Source of the DNA: a virus
Taxonomy: Duplodnaviria > Caudoviricetes
Virus record (IMG/VR): IMGVR_UViG_3300022309_000006
Coordinates: 1-61,934 of that record
Direction: 5' to 3' (one strand)
Length of the DNA: 61,934 nt
Shown: positions 53,953 to 61,934 of the stretch, in pieces
Layout of the letters: each line of letters opens with the position of its first letter
How positions within the stretch are numbered: position 1 is the stretch's first letter
Position numbers and translations under genes: made by a program
The notes under the pieces: generated by a model
What the model was told of the DNA's origin: nothing
The model's input: only the letters and a program-made list of their open reading frames with translations
Database searches by the model: none

Positions 53953-55322
53953 CGTGGGAACCCCAGCCCGGCCCACAGACCTGGCTCCTCCGCACCGAAG
54001 TGGACGAAATCCTCTTCGGCGGCGCCCGGGGCGGAGGCAAGAGCTATGGCATTCTGGGCGATTGGGTGCAGCACGCCAGCCGGTACGGCAATAACGCCCG
54101 CGGTATTCTGTTCCGCAAAACCTACCCCGAGTTCGAAGAGATCCTGGACCAATCCGAGCGGATCTTTCCGTTCCTCGGGGCCCGGTACCGCGTCTCGAGC
54201 AAGAGCTGGCGGTTCCCCGACGGCGCCCTGCTGAAATTCGCCTACCTCGAGCGGGACCAGCACGCCAGCCGCTACCAAGGCAAGCAGTACACCTGGATGG
54301 GCTTCGAGGAGCTGGGCAACTGGCCGAACTCCACCCCGATCGACGCCCTGAAGGCCTGCCTGCGGTCGCCCCACGGCGTGCCGGTCCGGTGGGTCGCCAC
54401 CGCCAACCCAGGCGGCGTGGGGCACAACTGGATCAAGAGCCGGTTCATCCTCCCGGCCCCCGCGTTGACCCCGTTCCACGACCCCACGACCGACACCTGG
54501 CGGACCTTCATCCCGTCCAAGCTGCAGGACAACCCGATCCTGATGCAGGCCGACCCCCGGTACGCGGACCGGCTGCGCGGCGTCGGGGCCGAGTGGCTCG
54601 TGGAGGCCTGGCTGAGCGGGAACTGGGACATCGTGGCGGGCGGCATGTTCGACGATATCTGGAAGATCGACCGGCATGTGCTGCCCGCCTTCCCGATCCC
54701 GAAAACCTGGAAGATCGACCGCGCGTTTGACTGGGGCAGCACCAAGCCGTTCAGTGTAGGATGGTGGGCCGAGAGCGACGGGAGCCCCGCGCCGGACGGC
54801 CGCCAATTCAAGAAGGGGACGCTGTTCCGCATCGCCGAATGGTACGGGTGGAACGGCAAGAAGCCGAATGAAGGCACCCGGCAGCTGGCCGTGGACGTGG
54901 CGCGCGGCATCCGGGAACGCGAGAAAGCCATGGGGTTCAAGGTGCTGAACGGCCCGGCGGACCCGTCGATCTTCGGCACCGAGAACGGGAACAATATCGC
55001 GGCCGACATGGCGCTCCCCTCGGCCCACCACCCCGGGGTCGTGTGGGAACGCGGGGAAGCCAAGCCCGGCAGCCGCAAGACCGGCTGGGAGAAGATCCGC
55101 AAGATGCTGCAGGCCAGCCTCACGACCCCGATGGAGGATCCCGGCCTCTTCGTGTTCGACAACTGCCGCCAATTCATCCGCACGGTCCCGACGCTGCCCC
55201 GCGACGCCAAAGACCCGGACGACGTGGACAGCGACGCCGAAGACCACATCGGCGACGAGACCCGCTACCGCGTGATGCACCGCCACCACACCGTGAAGCC
55301 CCAAAAAATGGTGGGCCTGTAG
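53868..55322 (+). CDS. terL: terminase large subunit
   Basis: PQPGPQ, Walker A GGARGGGKS, Walker B GFEELG, ATANPGG.GH, DWG..KP, DH..DE.RY. Confidence 0.95.
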   Translation: MVGALQAGTSRVRPPTSLRLVPRVNEAVAWEPQPGPQTWLLRTEVDEILFGGARGGGKSYGILGDWVQHASRYGNNARGILFRKTYPEFEEILDQSERIFPFLGARYRVSSKSWRFPDGALLKFAYLERDQHASRYQGKQYTWMGFEELGNWPNSTPIDALKACLRSPHGVPVRWVATANPGGVGHNWIKSRFILPAPALTPFHDPTTDTWRTFIPSKLQDNPILMQADPRYADRLRGVGAEWLVEAWLSGNWDIVAGGMFDDIWKIDRHVLPAFPIPKTWKIDRAFDWGSTKPFSVGWWAESDGSPAPDGRQFKKGTLFRIAEWYGWNGKKPNEGTRQLAVDVARGIREREKAMGFKVLNGPADPSIFGTENGNNIAADMALPSAHHPGVVWERGEAKPGSRKTGWEKIRKMLQASLTTPMEDPGLFVFDNCRQFIRTVPTLPRDAKDPDDVDSDAEDHIGDETRYRVMHRHHTVKPQKMVGL

Positions 55323-55526
55323 ATGGCGTGGGCGGCCGAGCACGACGACGGCACCTACCCCCGGCACCTCGCCCACCTGCTCGGCCCGAACGGCGAAGTT
55401 TCAGCCTTGTGTTTTTCGCGCCCTCATGCGATTGACATGACCCGAGCAACCTGGACCAACCGTCTCGAGGCTGTGACGTGTCCACGCTGCCGCCATCTCA
55501 TCAAAACCCAGCGAGGTACCGCATGA
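55323..55526 (+). CDS. small hypothetical protein
   Basis: SALC...VTCPRC. Confidence 0.5.
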   Translation: MAWAAEHDDGTYPRHLAHLLGPNGEVSALCFSRPHAIDMTRATWTNRLEAVTCPRCRHLIKTQRGTA

Positions 55527-55855
55527 CGACCGCTCCGTCCAAAGACCCGAACCACATGACCCGCGATCAGCGCCGCCACCTGATCCGGCGGCTCCGCGCC
55601 GCCTGGCTGGCGCAACAGAAGACATTTGAAGCCGCAGGCCCGATGCCCCGGGAGATCCGGGACGCCCTGAAGAAAGTCGAGGCCTGGCACCAGCGCGAAT
55701 CCACCCAGAAACAAGCCCGGCTCCGGGCCCTCGTCGATCACCACAGCGTGGCGTATGAAGCCGTGATGTTCGGCAACCCGAGCGCCGCGCTCGAGGCCGT
55801 CAAGGCCTTCGAGAAACAGCCGGTCCCCACCCCGCCACGAAAGGGCAAAGCATGA
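55523..55855 (+). CDS. hypothetical protein
   Basis: GAGG RBS, ATGA overlaps. Confidence 0.55.
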   Translation: MTTAPSKDPNHMTRDQRRHLIRRLRAAWLAQQKTFEAAGPMPREIRDALKKVEAWHQRESTQKQARLRALVDHHSVAYEAVMFGNPSAALEAVKAFEKQPVPTPPRKGKA

Positions 55856-56301
55856 GCATCGAGACGACCCTGTCGAACCAACTGCAGGCCGCCAAATGCG
55901 AGCTGATGGAGGAACGCCAACGCACCCGTCGGCTCGCGGACCTGCTGGACGAAGCGAACCACGAACTCCTGAAGGCCCAGCTGCAGCTCCGGCAGCTGCG
56001 GACCGAGCCGGACCGGGAAGCCGAGCTGACCGCCAAGATCGACGAATTGACCGCGGCGCTGGAGTCCGGGTTCATGCCCGGCACCTACGCCCGGCTCAAG
56101 GAGCTGCAGGTCAAGGAAGCCCGGCTGGCCGAGTACGAACGGGGCGGGACGCCGGTCTGGAGCGCCTCAACCGAACTCGCCAGCCTGCGGGAGGAGATCC
56201 AGGCGCTCCGCGAGGAAGTCCAACACCTCAAGGACTGGCGCGACGTGGTCCGGTTGTTCGGCTATCAGGGCGCCACCGAGTCCAAACTCCCCCATGCTTG
56301 A
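55852..56301 (+). CDS. coiled-coil hypothetical protein
   Basis: 149 aa, heptad-rich. Confidence 0.6.
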   Translation: MSIETTLSNQLQAAKCELMEERQRTRRLADLLDEANHELLKAQLQLRQLRTEPDREAELTAKIDELTAALESGFMPGTYARLKELQVKEARLAEYERGGTPVWSASTELASLREEIQALREEVQHLKDWRDVVRLFGYQGATESKLPHA

Positions 56302-56467
56302 CCACCGTGGCGATCATTTCCGGTCGATTTGTCGCTGCGGCGCGATCCAGGCCCAATGCCGCTGCCCCGGCGCCAAGACAACCCGGGTGACCCGCGAGCG
56401 CTGTCCCGCGTGCCAGCCTGACGCGGGCGATCCATCCGAACCCCCACAGGAGGCCCCATGCCGGTAA
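56294..56467 (+). CDS. small Cys-rich protein
   Basis: HF...CRCG....QCRC...CPAC; fills the gap before portal. Confidence 0.4.
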   Translation: MLDHRGDHFRSICRCGAIQAQCRCPGAKTTRVTRERCPACQPDAGDPSEPPQEAPCR

Positions 56468-57918
56468 CGTCGCAACACCCCGAGTACCAGCAACACCAAG
56501 CCCACTGGCAGCAGTGCCGCGATGCCGCCGACGGCGAAGACGCCGTGAAGGCGCGCGCCGAACAGTACCTGCCCCGGCTGACCGAACAGACCGACGACGA
56601 GTACAACGCCTACCGGAAGCGTGCCTCGTGGTATGGCGCCACCGGCCGCACCGTCCAGGGCCTGGCGGGCGCGGTGTTCCGTAAACCGCCGGTCGTGACG
56701 GTCCCGCCCGCGCTCGAGCCCCACCTCAAAGACATCACGATGAACGGCGTCGATCTCGACGGCTTCGCCAAAACCGCCATCACCGAAGTGCTGAAGGTCG
56801 GCCGCTACGGGATCCTGGTGGACATGGGGAAGGATCAGCAAGAGCTGCAGCGCCCCTACTGGGTCGGCTACCGCGCCGAACAGATCATCAACTGGGCCAC
56901 CCGACAGCTCCAGGGCGACACCATCCTGACGATGGTGGTGCTGGAAGAGGAACACCGGGAAGACGACCCGCGCGACGCCTTCCAACAGAAGACCGAGCTG
57001 CAGTACCGCGTGCTGTGGCTGCGCGGCGGCCAGTACGAAGTGGAGATCTACCGCAAAGCCCCGCAACCCGTCGAAGGCGAGGAATGGGTCCTGGCCGAGA
57101 CGATCGTCCCGACGATCCGCAACAAGCCGCTGCCATTCATCCCGTTTGTTTTCGTGAACCCGACGCAGCTGACGACCTGCGTGGAAAAGCCCCCCTTGCT
57201 CGACCTGGTGGTGGTGAACCTGAGCCACTACCGCAACGCCGCGGACCACGAACACGGCATCCACCACACCGCGCTCCCCACCCCCTGGGTCGCGGGCTTC
57301 CCGACCGACACAGTCCTGAAGATCGGCCCGTCGATCGCGTGGGTGGCGAGCGACCCGAACGCCAAAGCGGGCATGCTGGAATTCACCGGCGACGGCCTCG
57401 GGACCATTGAGCGCGCCCTCGACCGGAAAGAGCGGCACATGGCGATCCTGGGGGCCCGGATGCTCGAGGAACACAAGAAGGCCGTCGAAGCGGCCGAAAC
57501 CCTGAGGATCCGCGGCGCCGGGGAGCACAGCGTGCTGGCGAGCCTGGCCGGGACCACCGAAGCCGCCGTGCGGATGTGCCTGCAGTGGCACGCGCAATGG
57601 AACACCCTCGACGGCACCAGCATCACGGCCGACTTTAACAAGGATTTCTACGACGTCCGGATGGACCCGGTCGAACTCGGCGAACTCATGAAGGCCTGGC
57701 AGGGCGGCGCCATCAGCCACGAAACCCTGTATTGGAACATGCAGCGCGGCGAGCTGACCCGGCCCGGCGTGACGTTCGAAGACGAGCAAGAGCTAATCGA
57801 CGAGGAAGAACCCGCCACCATCCCGCTGGGCGGCCCCTTCGGGGGCGGCTTCGGGCAGCCCGGCGCCGGGAACGAACCCCCGGGCAACGCATCGCCCGGC
57901 AACGACGAGGAGGCCTGA
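56458..57918 (+). CDS. portal protein (DUF4055-type)
   Basis: HPEY, YLP.L, Y.AY.KRA, GRYGILVD, AEQIINW, IPFVF, PPLLDL...NL.HY. Confidence 0.9.
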   Translation: MPVTSQHPEYQQHQAHWQQCRDAADGEDAVKARAEQYLPRLTEQTDDEYNAYRKRASWYGATGRTVQGLAGAVFRKPPVVTVPPALEPHLKDITMNGVDLDGFAKTAITEVLKVGRYGILVDMGKDQQELQRPYWVGYRAEQIINWATRQLQGDTILTMVVLEEEHREDDPRDAFQQKTELQYRVLWLRGGQYEVEIYRKAPQPVEGEEWVLAETIVPTIRNKPLPFIPFVFVNPTQLTTCVEKPPLLDLVVVNLSHYRNAADHEHGIHHTALPTPWVAGFPTDTVLKIGPSIAWVASDPNAKAGMLEFTGDGLGTIERALDRKERHMAILGARMLEEHKKAVEAAETLRIRGAGEHSVLASLAGTTEAAVRMCLQWHAQWNTLDGTSITADFNKDFYDVRMDPVELGELMKAWQGGAISHETLYWNMQRGELTRPGVTFEDEQELIDEEEPATIPLGGPFGGGFGQPGAGNEPPGNASPGNDEEA

Positions 57919-58253
57919 TGGCACGGCCCCCGGACCCGATCCTCGCACGCCTCCGCCTGGTGTTGTGCCCTAAGGTGACGATCGACCGCGACTACAGCTG
58001 GCTCGTCTACCGCTACCTGATCCCCGACGCTTTCGCCTGGCTGCTGGGCTTTACGGTGATCCGCGTCTGGTGCGCCGTGTGCGGCGCCCGGCGCCTGCTG
58101 TGGCTCCCGTTATGGTGGCGCGCCCCCGCGCTCGGCGAGGCCAAGCGGGCCGCTCTCGTGCAGGAGCATCAGCACCCCCGGATGAGCCCACACCCGCAGT
58201 ATTGGGAGGCCCCGCCTCCCTCCACCCGTAACGGCCAACCCGAAGGGAGGTGA
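57918..58253 (+). CDS. hypothetical protein
   Basis: GGAGG RBS, TGATG coupling; CPK...CAVCG. Confidence 0.5.
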   Translation: MARPPDPILARLRLVLCPKVTIDRDYSWLVYRYLIPDAFAWLLGFTVIRVWCAVCGARRLLWLPLWWRAPALGEAKRAALVQEHQHPRMSPHPQYWEAPPPSTRNGQPEGR

Positions 58254-58259
58254 CGCACC

Positions 58260-58316
58260 ATGGCAACGAAGAAACCGGCGAAAGGCAAAGCCGCGCCCGC
58301 CAAGAAAAAGAAGTGA
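58260..58316 (+). CDS. 18-aa Lys/Ala-rich micropeptide
   Basis: GGGAGGTGA RBS; MATKKPAKGKAAPAKKKK. Confidence 0.55.
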   Translation: MATKKPAKGKAAPAKKKK

Positions 58317-58323
58317 CGTGCCC

Positions 58324-58347
58324 GGGGACACCCCCGCGGGTGTCCCC
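58324..58347. other. perfect 10-bp hairpin
   Basis: GGGGACACCC-CCGC-GGGTGTCCCC. Confidence 0.6.
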
Positions 58348-58364
58348 CCACCGAGAGGACCCGC

Positions 58365-60953
58365 ATGGCTCACAAATTTGCTGACCTGTTAGCGGACCGT
58401 TTCACGTTCCACGCGGTCAACATTTCCCGCTTCGAGGGCAGCCTGCAGACCCAAACCCTCGAGCTGCTCCGCGGGCTCGAGACGAAGATCGAAGCCGAGA
58501 TGGCCCGGCTGGACCCCACCGCCACGCTCTATCGGCGCCGACGCCTCGCGGCCCTGCAGAAGTCCGTCCGGGCTAACATCCAGAGCGCCTACCGGGACAT
58601 CCGTACCGACAGCCGCCGGAGCCTCGTGCAACTGGCCGAGACCGTGGCGGACGGCACCCTCGAGACCGTGAACGCCGCCGCCCGGGTGGCGTTGTTGAAC
58701 GTCGGGCTGCCCAAAGAAACGCTCCGGGCCCTGACGGACGATAGCCTGATCCAAGGCGCGCCCGCCCGGGAATGGTGGAGCCGCCAGGCCGGTGGGCTCT
58801 ATCAGAAGTTCAGCACGGAAATCCGGGAGGGCATGTACCGCGGCGAAACGCTCCAGCAACTGACCGGCCGGATCATCGGCACCAAGGAATTCAACTACCA
58901 GAACGGCATCATGGCGGCCGCCCGCCACAACGCCGAATCCCTGATCCGCACCAGCGTGCAGTCCGTGAGCCAAGCGGCCCGGCTCGACACCCTCCGGGCC
59001 AATGCGGACGTCATCAAGGGCTACCAGGCCCTCGCCACCCTGGACGCCCGCACGACGCCCCTGTGCCAAGCCCGGAGCGGGATGGCCTGGTTCCTCGACG
59101 GCCGCCCGATGGAAGGGACGCCGATCGACTTTCCCGGCCCGCCCCCGTGGCATTACAACTGCCGGACGAACCTGATCCCCATCACCTACAGCTACCAGGA
59201 ACTCGCCAAAAACAAGGATCTCGGCAAGAAGGTCCAGGCCGAAGTGGACAAGCTGCCCAAGGGCACGCAGGCCTCGATGGACGGCCAGGTCGCGGCCGAC
59301 CTGAACTACGAGCAATGGCTCAAGGGCAAAGACGATACGTTCCAGAAGGCCATCCTGGGGCAACAGAAATGGCAGCTGTGGAAGGACAACAAGCTCTCGC
59401 TCCGGCAGCTGATCGACCAAAAGGGACGGCCCCTGACGATCCAGGAGCTGCGCGAACACATCGCCAAAGTCCCCCCGGCCGCGAGCGCCTGGCAGCCCAG
59501 CATGACGGTCGACCAGGCGGACCGTTGGAGCCAAGGCACCGCCCTGCCGGACAACCTGTACCACCACACCAGCCCGGACGCGGCCGCGAGCATCGAACAA
59601 GGCGGGTTCATCGTGGGGAACGGCAGTGTGTACGGCCGGGGCGTGTACTTGACGACCTCCCAGGATCCGCTGATCACCGGCGCCCGCGGCGTATCACTGA
59701 CCGGGAAGGGCGCTGTCCTGACGACCCGGGTCAACGTCAAAAAAGTCTTCGAACTCCCCGGCAGCGTCACGACCCCCACGCGCTTCTTTCAGGCGTTACA
59801 GAAGATGGGCGCCACCGTCGATGAGCTGCAGGACGCCTCGGCCTTTCTGCAGAGCCGCGGGTACGATGCCGTCCGGATTAAGCGCGGGGTCGGTAAGCCC
59901 GACTTCTACACGATCCTGAACCCCCGGAACGTCACGACCGTGAAGCCTCCGACGGCGCCGATCCAACCGAAGCCGGTGCTGCCGAAGCCCACGCCCCCGC
60001 CGGAGCCCGCGCCACCCCCCAGGCCCACGACAAAGCCCTGGACCGCCAAGACCATCGGGCGGGAGTGGCACGACGTCGCCTTCCAGGACAGCGACCCCCT
60101 GACGCACCGCGCCATCCAGCATCTCCCCGGGTTGCGGATCAGCCGGGGCCCCACGGCCGAAGAGGCCGCCAAACGCCAAGTGTCGTACTACCGGATGGGC
60201 AGCCGGGAAATCATGATGCAGGCCAAATATCAAACGACTTCCCGCGACGGCCAGGCCGTCTGGCGCCATGAATACGGGCACCACGTCGACGCCATGCTGG
60301 GCAAGCAGGCCAAGGGCTACACGCGGTTCATTACCTCCACCGACGAGTGGAAGGCGATCTGGCGGGACGACGGCATCCGGGCCCTGCAGAACGGCAAGGG
60401 CCGGTTCCCGGAAGCCGTGGCGGCCCGGGACGCCACCACCCGGAAGGCACAAGGCTGGGTCGATGAAGTCACCAAGGTGGCGAACCGGGAAGGCGATGCC
60501 GCCGCGATGCGCCGGATCCGGGACATCGTGGAGGCCGAGGGCTTGACTTGGAGCGAGTGGGAGCGCTTCATGGACGAGAGCGTCACCCCGGCGATGCGGA
60601 CCCTGGTCACCAAGGACAGCTGGCGACGCGCGCACCTCGAGGTGCTGGCGGCCTACCGGGACGGCGTGCTGACCGAGGGCCTATTTCGGCATTTCGCCTC
60701 GGCCCGGGCCTCGATGGCGGGCGTGACGATAATGGACACCCTGGGCGCCGCGACGAAGAACGCGATCGGCTACGGCCATAAGCCCGAGTATTACCGGGGG
60801 CGGAGCGGGACGACCAACCAGGGTACCGAAATCTTCGCCAACATTTATGCCATGTTGGCGAACCCGAACCCGATGTGGGGCCGATTCGCAGCCCGGTTTA
60901 TGCCCCGGATGACCGCCAAAATCAGGGAGACCCTCGAGGCTCTCGGCGGGTAA
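58365..60953 (+). CDS. MuF/SPP1 gp7-like minor head protein with C-terminal ART-like and zincin domains
   Basis: ATLD.RTT..C...PPWHYNCR; LYHHT...I...GF...YGRGVYLT...GYDAV; HEYGH...EIFA. Confidence 0.85.
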   Translation: MAHKFADLLADRFTFHAVNISRFEGSLQTQTLELLRGLETKIEAEMARLDPTATLYRRRRLAALQKSVRANIQSAYRDIRTDSRRSLVQLAETVADGTLETVNAAARVALLNVGLPKETLRALTDDSLIQGAPAREWWSRQAGGLYQKFSTEIREGMYRGETLQQLTGRIIGTKEFNYQNGIMAAARHNAESLIRTSVQSVSQAARLDTLRANADVIKGYQALATLDARTTPLCQARSGMAWFLDGRPMEGTPIDFPGPPPWHYNCRTNLIPITYSYQELAKNKDLGKKVQAEVDKLPKGTQASMDGQVAADLNYEQWLKGKDDTFQKAILGQQKWQLWKDNKLSLRQLIDQKGRPLTIQELREHIAKVPPAASAWQPSMTVDQADRWSQGTALPDNLYHHTSPDAAASIEQGGFIVGNGSVYGRGVYLTTSQDPLITGARGVSLTGKGAVLTTRVNVKKVFELPGSVTTPTRFFQALQKMGATVDELQDASAFLQSRGYDAVRIKRGVGKPDFYTILNPRNVTTVKPPTAPIQPKPVLPKPTPPPEPAPPPRPTTKPWTAKTIGREWHDVAFQDSDPLTHRAIQHLPGLRISRGPTAEEAAKRQVSYYRMGSREIMMQAKYQTTSRDGQAVWRHEYGHHVDAMLGKQAKGYTRFITSTDEWKAIWRDDGIRALQNGKGRFPEAVAARDATTRKAQGWVDEVTKVANREGDAAAMRRIRDIVEAEGLTWSEWERFMDESVTPAMRTLVTKDSWRRAHLEVLAAYRDGVLTEGLFRHFASARASMAGVTIMDTLGAATKNAIGYGHKPEYYRGRSGTTNQGTEIFANIYAMLANPNPMWGRFAARFMPRMTAKIRETLEALGG

Positions 60954-60971
60954 CGCCCGCAGGAGGATCCG

Positions 60972-61193
60972 ATGCCCACCCCCCATGCCCCGACGATCGC
61001 GCCCCCGCCCGGACACAACGCCCCCGCGGGCTGCCCCCCCGGCACCCAGCCCCGAGGACCAGCGCCGGTCCGCTTTGGCGTGGAGGCTCATGCGCTGGCT
61101 TGCCAGCCGGGACGTGCGGTTTTACACCAGCCCCGGCGGCTACAAGATGTTTATCGCCAGCCCCGCCCGAAAGGACCCCGATGGACGAACTGA
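60972..61193 (+). CDS. hypothetical Pro-rich protein
   Basis: AGGAGG RBS 6 nt upstream. Confidence 0.35.
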   Translation: MPTPHAPTIAPPPGHNAPAGCPPGTQPRGPAPVRFGVEAHALACQPGRAVLHQPRRLQDVYRQPRPKGPRWTN

Positions 61194-61351
61194 CCCGACG
61201 GGAAAAACTGATCGCGGAATACGAGCGCCGCTGGGGGCCCGTCCCCATGTGGCTCGTCGGCACCGACAAAGACGGCTTCGACCAGCTCGCTGAAGCCATC
61301 CGCAAGAACCAGCCAATTAAGACCGATCTCGACGACGGCCAGGTTGCTTAG
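61181..61351 (+). CDS. small protein downstream of MuF (immunity/partner candidate)
   Basis: AAGGA RBS; LIAEYERRWG..P...L.EAIRKN.PI. Confidence 0.6.
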   Translation: MDELTRREKLIAEYERRWGPVPMWLVGTDKDGFDQLAEAIRKNQPIKTDLDDGQVA

Positions 61352-61934
61352 CCGCCCCGTTTCCAGCGGCCCGACTATTTGCTGCCTCCTTAGCGGCCCC
61401 CCGGAAGATTCGCGCCGCCCTTTGCGCCAGGCGCAATAATGTGCCGGACCATTTACCCCCAAGACCGGCCCTGTTTTTGGGCATTTTCGGCAGTTTTCAG
61501 CCCTCCGTGACGCCCCCGGATCCTTACCCGCCCCTTTGCGGCCCCCCGGAAGATTAGCGCCCCCGTTTACCACCGGCGCAATAATGTGCCGGACCGTTTG
61601 CCAGCCCCCGGATCCTTACCCGCCCCTTCGCTGACCGGCCGGAAATTCAATGCCCCGTTTGCTGGATCCTTCGAAATGTTGGCCGAACATGAGCCGGACG
61701 TTAGCCAGACGTTCCCCCTAACCTTCCCCCAGGGTTTCGGCCCTTTTGGCCCGTTTTCCAGCCCTCCGTGACGGCCCGGATCCTTAGCTGCCCCTTTGCT
61801 ACCCCCCCGGATATTTGCTCCCCCATTTGCTGACCGGCCGAAAGTTTACTGCCCCTTTGCTGCCCAGCCGACCATGACCGGCCCATTTGCCAACCCGTAG
61901 CCGAACAACCTCCCCCCGGTTTTCCCCCCACCCG
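61352..61934. repeat. non-coding degenerate 30-31-bp tandem repeat region with longer duplications
   Basis: CCC(C/G/A)TTTGC recurring every 30-31 nt; blocks duplicated at a 145-bp offset (61393/61538, 61430/61575); CAGCCCTCCGTGACG twice. Confidence 0.7.

Noticed and set aside
561-59600. Long antisense ORFs (561-2351, 15140-17353, 36676-37833, 53859-55376, 56314-57789, 58389-59600 and others)
   Set aside because: Shadow ORFs of high-GC genes with recognisable sense-strand products; no motifs or RBS
1-61934. Integrase/att sites, tRNA genes, major capsid gene
   Set aside because: None recognisable in the window; capsid and scaffold genes probably lie outside it, so lifestyle cannot be called

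Overview
This window is most of a high-GC, long-tailed (siphovirus-like) dsDNA phage genome. No major capsid, scaffold, integrase, DNA polymerase or tRNA gene is visible. Order on the + strand: extra virion/head-appendage genes, neck, tail tube, chaperones with a -1 frameshift, tape measure, a GTA-type tail tip (DUF2460, DUF2163/BR0599, NlpC/P60, and a split J/megatron with a ~6 kb insert), then lysis genes. A minus-strand block of small genes follows (30.0-35.0 kb), built from five repeated terminator-promoter-operator-RBS units. The + strand then resumes with LuxR-HTH, SbcD/SbcC, a replication initiator, nucleases, SSB, a ParB-methyltransferase, terminase, portal and a long MuF protein with toxin-like domains. 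The main discovery is at 45225-48042: an IS110/Nop-like protein lacking the RuvC domain, followed by a ~1.9 kb non-coding array of ~104 alternating 18-nt half-repeats (~52 units of 35-36 nt) with variable spacers. This is a TIGR-Tas (TasA-type) RNA-guided system with variant repeat motifs and a stand-alone HNH gene directly upstream. Second, a ~54-nt sRNA is predicted at 35379-35432 whose 5' seed is antisense to the RBS leaders of several early genes and of tasA. All family calls come from motif recognition by eye; no database search was run.
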